From the IMG/VR virus record IMGVR_UViG_3300021475_000011, positions 3,534 through 67,533 of that record: DNA of 64,000 nt, one strand, 5' to 3'. This DNA is from a virus. Of the stretch, positions 25,299 to 36,400 are shown one piece after another. How positions within the stretch are numbered: the stretch's first letter is position 1; the number at the start of each line of letters is the position of its first letter. Made by a program: the position numbers and the translations under genes. The notes beneath the pieces were generated by a model. It ran no database searches and was not told the origin of the DNA. It was given only the letters and a program-made list of their open reading frames with translations.

Positions 25299-25998
25299 GT
25301 GCGTGTGCCCTCCAATACGCGAGGCTGACCCGAATCTGCTGCCAGGTGTGCGCGGCCACCACGCCGTCGGGGTGCTGGTGGTGGTCCTTCTGGAACTGCG
25401 CAACGACCCGCACCACGTCGTCGCTGTAAACGACGTGGTGGTGTGACAGGTAAGGCTTGTGCGTGACGGGCGAGTGAATCGTCATCAGCGCGCCCGTCAG
25501 GTGAATGACGCCCTCACCCTTCGCGCCGGCGTGCAGCACCGGGTAGGGGTTCTCGTCGGCGTGCGGGTAGGTGTGAAAGTTCACATGCTGCGCCTCGCCG
25601 CTCTCGCCGGGGTACGTCAGCGTCACGATGTAGCCGAGCTTGCGGGCCTCGGCGTTGAAGGCCGGGCTGTTCTGCGTGTCGATGCCGCGCTGCCACGGCA
25701 GCAGCTCGCCGCCGACCGGGACGTGCGGGTAGGCCACGCCGTCGTTGCGCCGGCAATGCGTCGTGCGATCGACGGGGTTGGCCGGGCCGTAGCCGGGCAC
25801 GCCGCGCGCGTGCAGGTCGATGACCTCCTGCTGCGTGTGCAGCCCGAGCTCGTGCAGCAGCCCGGCGGCCTCCTCGTCCCGCGCGTGGCTGTTGATGCCG
25901 ACGCCCGACATGCGGCTGATGTGCGCGACGATCGGCCCAAACTCGGGCTCGCCGACGAACCGCGTGCCGTTGGCTCCTTCGCAGATGATGAACTTCAT
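25291..25998 (-). CDS. endolysin: M15-like Zn peptidase + PG-binding domain
   Basis: PANP...TH...GID...EAQH; C-terminal LHAGAKGEGV...VAQFQKDH...PDGVVAAHTW (PG_binding_1-like); TACACT -10 at 26030-26035. Confidence 0.72.
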   Translation of the reverse strand: MKFIICEGANGTRFVGEPEFGPIVAHISRMSGVGINSHARDEEAAGLLHELGLHTQQEVIDLHARGVPGYGPANPVDRTTHCRRNDGVAYPHVPVGGELLPWQRGIDTQNSPAFNAEARKLGYIVTLTYPGESGEAQHVNFHTYPHADENPYPVLHAGAKGEGVIHLTGALMTIHSPVTHKPYLSHHHVVYSDDVVRVVAQFQKDHHQHPDGVVAAHTWQQIRVSLAYWRAHAHA

Positions 25999-26058
25999 GG
26001 GGGCTTCTCCCTTGCTCGTTGACCGGCCGAGTGTACGCCCGCCGGCGGTCGCTCGCGC

Positions 26059-29000
26059 CTAGATGATGAGCTGCGTTTCCAGCTTGATCGTGTACGTGCC
26101 GCTGCCCGTCCCCGTGCCGACGAGCCGGGCATACATGCGCGCCGTCGTTTCGCCGTTCCGTGCGACGTAGGGCAGCACGTTGATCGGGCCAGCGCTCGTC
26201 ACGACGATGCCCGTGCTGACGCTGTTGATCTCAAGCGTCCATGTGATCGGCGCGGTGCGGGTGAGCACCTGCACGCTGACCGTGGCAGCCTTGATCTTCG
26301 ACACGTTCGGCGGGATCGTGATGCGGCTGTACTGATCGCCAGAGCCGTCGGCGGCCGTCAGCGTGCCGTTGCTGTAGGCGATGGAGCCGGTCGTGCCGTC
26401 CTGAATCGCAAACTGCCCCTGGTAGTTGCGGGTCTTCGAGCGCAGCGCCGTGATGACGTGGCGGATCGCTTCCTTCACGCTGCGCGGGCGCTGCTTGAAC
26501 ACGGGCGACGGCGCGCCGATCCCGTCGGGGTAGATCGGCCACTTCATCCCCCATAGCTGGCGGGTGCTCTCGTCTTCGACGCCGATCAACGGGAGCTGCG
26601 CACGGATGCCTTCTCCGGGCAGCCACGGGAACTCGGCGAGGATGCCCGAGAGCGGCCAGGTGTCCGTCAGCGTGCGCTTCCCACGCGCCTGCGCTTCGAG
26701 CTGCGTCCACGGGCTGCTGCGCAGCTCGAGCAGCGAGTTGGCGCGCACGATGAGCTGCTGCAAGACCTGGATGTCGCCGGGGCTGTCGTATTCGGTGTTC
26801 GTCAGCGCGTGCGCGGCTATCTCGAAGAAGTTGAAGACCTCCGCTTGGAGCTGGCCGGCGCCCGTCTGATCGGCGAGGCCCTGCGCATCGACGAGCAGCG
26901 TGTCGGCGGTGTCGTCCGCGAGGATCGTCACCTGCGGGCTGATGACGTTGCTGTGGTCGATCACGTAGTCGGTCTGCCTGCCCTCCATCAGACGCGGGCA
27001 CATGCGGCCGGGGAACTCGCCGCTCTCCAAGCTCATCGGCCGGACGGTCCACTGAAGTCCCCATTCTTCGGCGAAGCCACGGATCAGCTCATAGTGGGAT
27101 TCACTCCTGACCTGCTGTGCGAAGAAGCCCTGCGGTGAGAGCGGGACCATGCTCGACGCCTGCACGGTGCCACCGTTCAGCAGCGCCGACGCGGTGGACG
27201 CTTCGGCGTGCGCGAGCAGCCTTTCCGCTGTGAGGACCCTGTTCTTGTAGACGGCGAAGTGGCCGACGCCGCCGGCGAGCTGTGACTTTTCGTGCGCGCC
27301 GGCGCCGCCGCCGGGCCAGTACCCAATGCCGCCCTGCGTGGCCTGCACACCGAACTGTGAGGCGACGGCACCCGAGGTCGCCTTGAGCACGCCGTTGACG
27401 TAGAGCCGCAGGTTGGTCCCGTCGTAGGTCATGGCGACGTGCGTCCACGCGCCCGAGGGGATCGCTTCGGCTGAGCTGATGCTTGTGCCCCAGCTCGTGC
27501 CGTTGCCCACGAACGCTTCGGGCTTGCCGGTCGTGGAGATTGAAAGCTGGAACACGAATGGCACGTTGACGATGACCTGCTGAAAGCCGTTGGCTGCGGT
27601 CGTCGGGTTCACCCACGCCTCGACCGTCTCAGAGGTCCAGCCAGTCGTGCTCATCGCGCCTTCGCCGATGTGCGCGTATTGCACGACGGTCGTTGTTTCG
27701 CCGGGCACACTGAACGCCAGGTCGTTCGACACCGGCCCGGTCTGGAACTGCGGAACCTTCGTGTTGCCCGAGATTAGAGAGAACTGCCCGATTTCTGCGC
27801 TGTCGAAGAAGAAGATCGAGCCGTTGTAACCCGAGTGGTCGAGCGGGAAGTACCACCACGGGATGTCCGGTGCGATCAGGTGCGCGTAGGGACCGGCGTT
27901 CATAGGAATGACCATCGCCAAGTCGCTGCGTTCGTAGAAGAGGACGATGTTCGGCGTGGTCGCTTCGAGGTCTTTGGGGTTCCCCATTGCGAACTCCACC
28001 ATGATCGGATACCAACCGCTCGTCTGCCCGTACAGCGGGCCGGGCGACAGAGCCGTCCCCTTCAAGTGCGGTATCTGCGATTCCTCGAAGATCAGCCAGT
28101 TTTTGCCTTCACCACCAACAGGCCAGCAGTCCATGATCTGCTCATCCCACCGCGTCCTGCCGATCCACACCCGCGCGCCGGCGTAACACTGGACCTGTAG
28201 GAGATAGTCATAGTGTGAAAGGTCGAGGTACACCGCGCCCGTCCATCGCACCGTGAAGTTGCCTTCTTCCACGACGCCTTCCGGCCACCACTTCGTACCG
28301 GGCGAGTAGTTGATCGACCCATCGACGCGCGTGGCGAACGGCTGGCGCAGCGGCGCGAGTATCTTGTGCCCCTGCTGTTTGTCGGACGCGAGGTCGGTGT
28401 CGCTGAAGTATTCACCCTTGAGGCCCGAGCCTGACGGCGAGCCGGGGAGCTGGTAGTCGCCCTTGTCGGTCTTGCTCCGCATCAGGCACGGCACGGCCTC
28501 GCGCAGCAGCATGTAGTCCACGTCGATGTAGTTGGCGCCATAGCTGCCCACCGTCGTCGCCGCGTTGCTCGTGCCCAAGAAGAAGAATTGCGGGTAAAGT
28601 TCCTGCGCCGGCTGTGGCGTGGGCAGCACGCCGAGCAGCACGCCGTCGAGGTAGAAGAACACCCACCTGCCGCGCCCCTCGATCGCCGCCGTGTGCTGAC
28701 CCGAGCCGAAGAAGGCCGCGTTCGCTGCGGTCTTCTGGACGGTCTGCGTCGCGCTTCCGCTGCTCAGGATGCCTTCGGTCGGGTTCAGGTCGAGGTAGAC
28801 CGCTGCCGCGCTGCCAGGCCAGCCCGACGGGACGAGCTCAAGCGCGAAGTTCGGAGCCATGCCGGACGGCACCGTGAAACTGCTCTCCAACCGCCACCGG
28901 CGCTGCTTGATTTCGTGCGCTTCTTCGGAGTGTTCCCACGGCGCGCCGCCTTCTTCGGTGGTCCCTATCTTGATCGGCGTGGTGTATCTGATGAACGACT

Positions 29001-29898
29001 GCGTGCCCGACCCGAGCGGCAGCAGCCGCACGTTCGAGTCCACCGGCGACGCGATGGCGTTGCTCATCTTCCACCGCTTGTCCGTCGATTCACCCGCAGT
29101 CGATGGTGTCTGCGGGTAGTTGGCGGGCGCGTCGAAGCCGTCCGCCATGAACACCTGCATCTGCTTTGTGTACTCCTCGAACACATCGCGTGGCCCGTTG
29201 TTCCAGAAGCCCGCGTTGCTCTCGCGTTGCTTCTTCATCAGGTAAAGACCGTCAACCAACCCGAGCTTGATTTCCGTCTCGCTCACCTGCGCTTCGTTCG
29301 GCGATCCCACGAACAGCAGATCGCCGGCGGCGTGGCTCGTGCTCATGCTCCATATCTCGACCCACTCGTCGCCCACGCGGTAGTTGTCCAGCGTCGTGAT
29401 TAGGAAACGGTCGAAGTGCTTGACGCCATCGCTGCCCGCCGCGTTGGGGAGCACGATCGAGCCGGTGCCCTCTTCGATCATCTGCCGCAGGTATTCACCC
29501 TCAAGCCATCCGGCCTGTCCGCGCGTGCCGTTCAGGCCAGCCCACGACGCATAGAACCACTTGCCGAACACCGTTTCCTGCGAGGTCATCGTCGGCATCA
29601 ACGGGACCTGTTCTGTGCCGGGTTTGTGGGCTTTCGTCGTGGCCGCGGCAAGCGTCACTTCGTTGGTCGCGGGGTTGACTTCCTTCACGACGACGACCTC
29701 CGCGTGTGCGCCCACGTCGAGGGTCCAGAGCTGCGACGGGCCGATGCCGGGCGGCAGGAACGTGAGCGTCAGAACCGTGGCGCCGATGCCGACTTCGTTG
29801 GAGGGGATCATCGCCGGCGCGAGCTGCACGAGCCGCAGGCGCACCTTGCGCGGCTGAAGCGCGACCTGATTCTTCCGCGACTGGCGAGGGAGCGCCAC
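26059..29898 (-). CDS. minor tail protein with PA14 and LamG domains
   Basis: GLKGEYF...TRVDGSINY...FTVRWTG (PA14); TVEAWVNP...WTHVAMTYDGTNLRLYVNG (LamG). Confidence 0.82.
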   Translation of the reverse strand: MALPRQSRKNQVALQPRKVRLRLVQLAPAMIPSNEVGIGATVLTLTFLPPGIGPSQLWTLDVGAHAEVVVVKEVNPATNEVTLAAATTKAHKPGTEQVPLMPTMTSQETVFGKWFYASWAGLNGTRGQAGWLEGEYLRQMIEEGTGSIVLPNAAGSDGVKHFDRFLITTLDNYRVGDEWVEIWSMSTSHAAGDLLFVGSPNEAQVSETEIKLGLVDGLYLMKKQRESNAGFWNNGPRDVFEEYTKQMQVFMADGFDAPANYPQTPSTAGESTDKRWKMSNAIASPVDSNVRLLPLGSGTQSFIRYTTPIKIGTTEEGGAPWEHSEEAHEIKQRRWRLESSFTVPSGMAPNFALELVPSGWPGSAAAVYLDLNPTEGILSSGSATQTVQKTAANAAFFGSGQHTAAIEGRGRWVFFYLDGVLLGVLPTPQPAQELYPQFFFLGTSNAATTVGSYGANYIDVDYMLLREAVPCLMRSKTDKGDYQLPGSPSGSGLKGEYFSDTDLASDKQQGHKILAPLRQPFATRVDGSINYSPGTKWWPEGVVEEGNFTVRWTGAVYLDLSHYDYLLQVQCYAGARVWIGRTRWDEQIMDCWPVGGEGKNWLIFEESQIPHLKGTALSPGPLYGQTSGWYPIMVEFAMGNPKDLEATTPNIVLFYERSDLAMVIPMNAGPYAHLIAPDIPWWYFPLDHSGYNGSIFFFDSAEIGQFSLISGNTKVPQFQTGPVSNDLAFSVPGETTTVVQYAHIGEGAMSTTGWTSETVEAWVNPTTAANGFQQVIVNVPFVFQLSISTTGKPEAFVGNGTSWGTSISSAEAIPSGAWTHVAMTYDGTNLRLYVNGVLKATSGAVASQFGVQATQGGIGYWPGGGAGAHEKSQLAGGVGHFAVYKNRVLTAERLLAHAEASTASALLNGGTVQASSMVPLSPQGFFAQQVRSESHYELIRGFAEEWGLQWTVRPMSLESGEFPGRMCPRLMEGRQTDYVIDHSNVISPQVTILADDTADTLLVDAQGLADQTGAGQLQAEVFNFFEIAAHALTNTEYDSPGDIQVLQQLIVRANSLLELRSSPWTQLEAQARGKRTLTDTWPLSGILAEFPWLPGEGIRAQLPLIGVEDESTRQLWGMKWPIYPDGIGAPSPVFKQRPRSVKEAIRHVITALRSKTRNYQGQFAIQDGTTGSIAYSNGTLTAADGSGDQYSRITIPPNVSKIKAATVSVQVLTRTAPITWTLEINSVSTGIVVTSAGPINVLPYVARNGETTARMYARLVGTGTGSGTYTIKLETQLII

Positions 29899-29901
29899 GG
29901 C

Positions 29902-32900
29902 CTAGCGCTCCACGAGGTCAGGCGTGACCTGCGAGTCGTACAGGTGGATGACCGCCAGGTCGCGGCCACCGTCAAAGGTCGGGTTGCCCGCCTGCCTGTA
30001 TTCGCTCGGGAGCGCGACCACGCGATCGAGGCGCGTCCCCGTCAACCCGCTGCCGGCGCTCTGATAGATGCTCATGGAGTATTCCTGCGAGGTCGTTTCG
30101 CGCAGCGATTCGCCGAGGTACAGCCACACGTAGGTCAGGCTCGTGCTCGTCTTGACGGCTGTCTGATTGGCTGCGAAGCCGCCGGTGATCGAGAGCGTGT
30201 CGCCCGAGGTTGTGGTCCGCACGCGCGCCCAAATCCCATACCGGCCGACGGGCATCCCCTTAGCGTTCAGTTCGGCCGCGCTGATGAGCAGCGACGCGGC
30301 GGTCGTCACGGTCGCGGTGTTCGCGCCGGGAGGCGAACCGCTGACGAATGTCGTGCCAGCCGTCGGGGCTGTCGCTTCTCCGAATGAGAAGTTGTCGTAG
30401 AACGGGTTGGAGCCGGACCCAACGATGCCCGTGTACCCCGTGGTGTAAGTCGAGTCGGCCGCTTCACCGATGAGCGACCATGTGCTGCCGACCTTCTTCC
30501 ATGCAGCCACCTTGCCACCACGCACGCTGATCCCGAGCGTGTTGCCGGTGGTGAAGCTGACATTCGTGATCGTCGCCAACGTCGTCAGCGCCGCGGCCAC
30601 GTACTTTTCGATGGTGCAGGTGAAGATGCCCGACGAGACTTCCGTCATTCGCACCTCATAGCCAGAGGTCGCCGCTGCCGCCCAGCAGGCGACGACTGAG
30701 AACCATCGTTCGGCCGCAGGCGTGCCCGAGTGCAGCGTGAGCGTCACGGCCGGGTTGGCTTGTTCGACGGGTGTCCACCGCGCGCCCGAGACGGTCCCGA
30801 AGGCTGACGCCTCCCAGCCGTTCGTGGCGTTCGCCGTGCCGGCGTTGGCGGCGCCGTTCAGCGTTGCCCATTTGCCGCCGTTACTCAGCGGCGATTCTGT
30901 GCGCAGGAGGGTGTCGGCCACGGCCAGCGATTCGGGGAACGTCGGCACAGACGCGCCCATGTCTTCGAGGCTGACCGTGCTGCCGCCTGTGACTTCGTGC
31001 TTGACGTTCTCCGCGTTGGTGGCGGTCCCCCGGTACACGACATAGGCGGTGGCGCCCGGCACTTCTGCCCACGAGACGGTGATCCGCGACGAGCTGCCGG
31101 TGACGGTGATCGACTTCTCGTTCGAGGCGATCGTCTCGCCGGCGCCGTTCTTCGCAGTCACCTTGTAGAAGTAGGTGGCTGCTGCCAGTCCGCCGCCGGT
31201 GGCGACGCTTGAGAGATTGGCCTGCACGGGCGGCTGCAAGACGCTGACCTGCGTGTCATTGATCGCGTGGCCTGCGCTCGCCGCGGCGTCTGCGACTTCC
31301 GTGCAGCCCGATCGCGCGAGGCGCCATGTCTCGGCCTCGAACACGCCGAGGTTGAGCTGCCGGGCGGTGAAGCCGACGTGCGCGCTGACGTAGCCATAGG
31401 TCGAGGTCGTGGCCGTGTTGTTCTGATTCTCACCGAATCGCGCACACACGCTCGCGCTCTGCCGGTTGGTGCTGCCGTAGGCGGCGTTGTCTTCGTAGTT
31501 CGGGCCTCGAGCGCCGCGCTGGATGCTCGTCAGCGTGACCATCTGGCCGCCCGCGGCCGGGATCAGATCGACCCACGGCTCGCCGACTTCCTGATACGTC
31601 GGGCCGGGCGAGCTCGTCCACGGGAACAGCGCGTCGCCGCCGGCGAAGATCGGCGTGGTGCTCGTCAGGTTCGCCTCGACGTAGTTGCCCGTGCTGTTGG
31701 GGGTCCATCTGACCTGACATCCCGGCGTGCCGACCCCGGCGATATTGCAGTACGTCTCGATCCGCGGGCCCGTCCAACCGCGCTGCAACGTGATGTAGGT
31801 GTCGAGCCGCGCCGTGGTGTCGGCGGTCGAGCGGTTCGAGCTGAGCCTGACGATCGCGCGCTCGGGTGTCCACTCCATCACCGTCGAGAGGCTGCCGTCG
31901 CTGCGGGGGATCAGCCGCGTGTGCTGCGTGTAGGTGTCGAGCGCGCCGCTGTCCCACAGCGTCACGCGGCCCTGCTCCGTCCACGCGCCTTCGACGCTCG
32001 TGTCGATCGCAATGCTCGTCGTCGCGGAGACGTAGCGCAGCCGGCAGAGCTGATTCTGCATGACCACCACGTCGCCCGAGCTGAGCTTTTGATCGGGTCC
32101 GTAGACCTCCTCCCATCCGAAGCTCTGCGGGTCGATCGTGCTCTGCGACTGGCCGAAGCCTGCCTGCCAGAAGTAGCCGTAGCTGTCGCCCGTGATCGTG
32201 GTGGCGGGCAGCGCGCCCGCGACGACCATCACCGAATCGACGAACCACGTCTGCACGATTCCGCCGAAGCCGCTGGCGCCGCGCACCGCCAGGCCGTGCG
32301 TCGCGCCCGAGCGGTTCGAGCTCGGCGTCCACGCGACCGTGACCTGCTGCCACGAGGTCGTGAGCGTGACCGGCACCACGGCGTCGTCGTCGGCGGTCGA
32401 GCCAAGGATCACTTCGATGTGCTCGCCGCCGGCGTTCCCCTTCAGCCACACGCTCGCGCGGTAGGTCGTGCCTGACAGGAACATCGGGATGCCCGGACAC
32501 GCGATGCAGGCACCCTCAGCGGCGGCGCTGTTGGTCGTGACCACTTGCATCGACTGCTTGCCTTCCTGCGCCTGCGCAGCGGTCGCCGTGAGCGTGGCGC
32601 CGGCGTTCAGGCTGAAGGCCGACGAGGACCACAGCGCGGGCGCGTTGCCAGCGGTGTCGTACTCGAAGTTCGGGTTCTCGACGTAGTTGGTGCGGTTGCC
32701 CGCCTCCGGTGTTTCAGCGGTCACGCCGCGCCGGTCGTAGATCACCACGTCGCCGAGGTTCTGACTCGACGCTTCCTGCTCGAAGCCGATCACCTGCCCG
32801 TGCTGCATCCCCTGAAGGACGTAGCCGGTGCCGTCGAAGCCAGCTCGAGCGTAGGCGACGACGGGCTGCCCGAGATAGCCGATCGGGTTGCTCGCGCCGA

Positions 32901-33438
32901 CGGGCAAGCTGCTGAGCGCCAGCGGAGTGATGTTCGAGAAGTCGGTCCCGAACAAGATGCCCTTGAAGTCGCGCGGCGTCGAGGACAGGCGCCGGTCGTA
33001 CAGTTCGATGCGACGCGCTGGCATGTGGGTCCGCAGGCCGCCCACGCGGTAGCTGCTGTCGAGCTCGATGGCGTAGCTGGCGAACGTCAGCCCATATTGG
33101 TCGTACTTCAGCAGCCCGGACCCCGCGACGATCCAGCCGTCTATCTCGTGGTCCTGCGCGAAGCTCATGTAGAGGCCCTGCAAGCGGAGCGTGGTGTTCT
33201 CCATCATCGCCCTGATCTGGCGGCGCATCCGGTCGCCCGAGCTGTAAGGGTTGGCGTCCGCGCTCGCGCCACGGATCGGGAAGGTGAAGGTGAACTGCCG
33301 TGGCCGGCGGCGCGCGACCGCGACCCCGGACTCGTCAGCGTTCAGCGCGTCGCCGACGGCTTCGGCCACTTCGTCCTCCAACGTCACCATGTAGAAGCGC
33401 CCGAGGCGCAGATCACGATTCGCTACGGCTACGCCCAT
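29902..33438 (-). CDS. tail (Dit-like) protein with CBM4/9-like and FN3-like domains
   Basis: Directly follows the tape measure; NPNFEY...TYRASVWLKG...LTTSWQQVTV...FVDSV; YFYKVTA...VSWAEVPGATAYVVYRG. Confidence 0.78.
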   Translation of the reverse strand: MGVAVANRDLRLGRFYMVTLEDEVAEAVGDALNADESGVAVARRRPRQFTFTFPIRGASADANPYSSGDRMRRQIRAMMENTTLRLQGLYMSFAQDHEIDGWIVAGSGLLKYDQYGLTFASYAIELDSSYRVGGLRTHMPARRIELYDRRLSSTPRDFKGILFGTDFSNITPLALSSLPVGASNPIGYLGQPVVAYARAGFDGTGYVLQGMQHGQVIGFEQEASSQNLGDVVIYDRRGVTAETPEAGNRTNYVENPNFEYDTAGNAPALWSSSAFSLNAGATLTATAAQAQEGKQSMQVVTTNSAAAEGACIACPGIPMFLSGTTYRASVWLKGNAGGEHIEVILGSTADDDAVVPVTLTTSWQQVTVAWTPSSNRSGATHGLAVRGASGFGGIVQTWFVDSVMVVAGALPATTITGDSYGYFWQAGFGQSQSTIDPQSFGWEEVYGPDQKLSSGDVVVMQNQLCRLRYVSATTSIAIDTSVEGAWTEQGRVTLWDSGALDTYTQHTRLIPRSDGSLSTVMEWTPERAIVRLSSNRSTADTTARLDTYITLQRGWTGPRIETYCNIAGVGTPGCQVRWTPNSTGNYVEANLTSTTPIFAGGDALFPWTSSPGPTYQEVGEPWVDLIPAAGGQMVTLTSIQRGARGPNYEDNAAYGSTNRQSASVCARFGENQNNTATTSTYGYVSAHVGFTARQLNLGVFEAETWRLARSGCTEVADAAASAGHAINDTQVSVLQPPVQANLSSVATGGGLAAATYFYKVTAKNGAGETIASNEKSITVTGSSSRITVSWAEVPGATAYVVYRGTATNAENVKHEVTGGSTVSLEDMGASVPTFPESLAVADTLLRTESPLSNGGKWATLNGAANAGTANATNGWEASAFGTVSGARWTPVEQANPAVTLTLHSGTPAAERWFSVVACWAAAATSGYEVRMTEVSSGIFTCTIEKYVAAALTTLATITNVSFTTGNTLGISVRGGKVAAWKKVGSTWSLIGEAADSTYTTGYTGIVGSGSNPFYDNFSFGEATAPTAGTTFVSGSPPGANTATVTTAASLLISAAELNAKGMPVGRYGIWARVRTTTSGDTLSITGGFAANQTAVKTSTSLTYVWLYLGESLRETTSQEYSMSIYQSAGSGLTGTRLDRVVALPSEYRQAGNPTFDGGRDLAVIHLYDSQVTPDLVER

Positions 33439-33439
33439 A

Positions 33440-36400
33440 TCACATTCCCACTCCCACGCCGATTAGGTCGGTGAACTCCTGTTGATTGAACTGGAACCCG
33501 AGCGACCCGCCGGCGTTCGTCATGGCGTTTGCCATTGCCTGCGTCGCGCTCTTTGTCTCTTCCTGCACCTGCAACTGCGCTTCGAGTATCTTGTTCTGCT
33601 GGCCGGCGATGGCTTCCGCGATCTGTTCAGCGAGCTTGGAGTCGCCCTGTTCTTCGGCCGTTTTCTTTTCGTTGACGAGGGCCGTCAGTTCCTTTTGCAG
33701 CGCGGGGAGAATCTGCTTGTTGATGTATTCGGCGCGCTGTTCCCCGCCCGTTTCGTAGGTGCCCGCGAGCTTCTGATGCAGTTCGAGTGACTGCAAGCCG
33801 CTCTCGGCCATGTTGGTCTGATGCTCCGCAATTTCGGTGAGAAGGTGAGCCTGCGTCTCCGCTGCCTGCCGTGTGAGGTTGGCGATTTCCGCGCTCGTGT
33901 TGGCGATGTCGGTCTGCTCGCTCAGTATCTTCTCTTGGATTTCTTCCGCGCCCTTCGTGTCGCCGACGCTCATGTCGGCGTTGTACTGACCGCCGAGGCC
34001 CGCGAGAACCTGCTGCATCGCGGGGAGCTGCGCCTGCTGCATTTCTGCCGCGCGCTGGCGCATTTCCGAGGGTGATTCTTCGCCGTGGTTGGTGATCGAC
34101 CGCACAGCCTGGTTAAGCGCCATCTGCCCCTGCACCATCGACAAGGACCGTTCGGCGTGTTCGGTCACTTCGGCGGCCTGCCGCTCGACAAGTTCGCGCG
34201 CCTTCTTGGCGATGTCCACGGCGGCGGCCTGCACGCTCGCGGCGATCCCCTCGAGCTGCGCCTTGATCTGTTCGGCGTCCTGCGTGTCGCCGGCGGCTTC
34301 CGCCTGCTGCAACGCCGCCTGAAGCTGCCCCTGCTGCTGCTGGCCGACGCTGACCGCGAGCTGGTCCTGCGCCATTTCCGAGCTGATCGCGCCCGAGCTC
34401 CCAGCTTCCACGCCGGCGACTTCGTTGGCCTGCTGCCGCGCGACGCCGGCGCGTTCGAGCGCGGACTGCTCATCGTTCACCTGCTTGACCATCGCGCCGA
34501 CGCGCTGCCCGACCGCCGCCTCGACGAGTCCGAGCGAGCTTTCCAGCCGACGGATGCTGACCTTCGACCCGTGGTGGGCCTTCAGCTTGGCGACCTGCGC
34601 CTTGATGCTCGACGCCATCTGATCGAGCTGGCCGAGCGTGATGGTGCCGCTGTCCGCGACCGCCTGATTCATCTCGTCGATCTTGCCTTCGAGGCCCTTG
34701 ATCTGAGCGGGCTTCGCGTGGTGCGCCTTCAGCTTGGCGAGCTGCTTCTTTAGGCCCGCGGCCATCTTCTTCAACTCGTTCTGGACGGCCTTGCTCGTCC
34801 CGTCGAGGATGCCCGACAGTTCGCCGAGCGCGTTGTTGGCTTCGGGTCCTGTGTTGCTCGCGCCTTCGGCTTCGCTGATCGCGCCGCCGGCCGCGCGCGC
34901 GACGCCCTGCGACATGAACTTGCCGACGGCGCCGCCGGGTAGCGCGCCTTCGAGCGGAGCGGACACGGCCGCGAGCTGCTGCATGGCTTCGCCGAGCGTC
35001 GAGGCGACGCCGGACAGGCCGCCGCTCATGCCCTTCTTGCCTTTGCTCGCGTGGTGGGCAGCGGTGTGGTGCGCGGTGACTTTGTGGATCGCCGAGTGAT
35101 GCACCGCTTTGGGATGCAGGTGGTTGGCGACGTGGACGCTGTGGTGGCTCGTCGCGCTGTGCGCAGCGGGCCGTTTCACATGGCCGCCACGGCGCAGGCC
35201 GAACCCGACGAACCGTGGGCTGTCGGGGTCCAGCATGGATTCGCTGACGCCGCCGGGAGACATGCGCAGGCTGCTCGCCACGGCGCTGCGTGCGTTCGGA
35301 CCCATGCCCACCATCCCGCCACGGTTGAAGCGCCGTGGAGCGCGCCCTGTGCGCCTCACACGGCCGCCACGGCGAAGGCCGGGCGGGTGCCGGTGGATCG
35401 GGAACACACCGTCCCAGCCCTGGTCGATGTGGACTTCAGGCTTGCCCTGCGACCCGCCTCCACCACTCTCTACGCCGGCGCTGCCCATGCGGATCATCGT
35501 GTGCGCGTTTTCGCCGGTGGTGCCACGCACGCCGACGGTCACGAGCTTGCCGTCGCCGGCGAGTCCCCAATTCTTCAGGCCGGTGGTCGTCATCGGCGTG
35601 TTCGTCAGGCCGCCCGCGTGCAGCACGTAGGACACCGCGCCCGAGCAGTCATAGCCCGAGCTCGACCACGACCCATGACCGCCGCCGTAGACGTAGGGCT
35701 TGCCGACGATCGACTCGGCCGCCGACGCCATCGACAGGTACTCGCTCCACGCCTTCGCGCCTATGCCCTTCGGCCGCGTGCGCGCGATCGACCCGCCGCC
35801 TTCAGCGCCGCCGCCGGCGGGCGCCACTTCGCCTTCCTGAAGCGCGCGCATCGTCACCTTCGCTGACGCCTTGGCCGCGGCCAGGATGCCCGTCGTGGAG
35901 AGCGGCTGCCCCTTCAACCCGGCCTGGTAGCCGGTCTGGAACGCCGACACGGGGTTCAGCGGCGAGCTCGACAGTTCGGGGAGCTTGATGCTGGCGTTGC
36001 TCGTCGCCTTCGCCGCGCCGCCCGTGACCTCCGTGAACTTCCCGATCGCGTCGGTGGGGAACTTCGTCGGGTCGAAGCCCATCAGCTTCGCGGCAGCGCC
36101 GGTGATGTCGCCGACGCGCCAGCCCTTCGGGCCTTTGGCGTCAGGTCCCTTGTCGATCACCTTGAAGTTGCCGCTGTGCCCGGCGACTTCGACGTGGAAC
36201 AGCTTGCCCGCGAGCGCGCGTGCTTTCGCGTCGTTCCAGTTCGAGCCGCCGTCGGGGTTCAGCGCCAGCCCTGCGCTGCTCGAGCTGCCGCCGTAGGCGG
36301 TGGTGCCAGCCGCCTCGCCGGGAGGACCGAACGTCGAGACGGGACCGCTGAAGCTGACGCCGTGCAGCTTTTCCTTGTAGGCAGCTTCGGCCTGGTGGCG

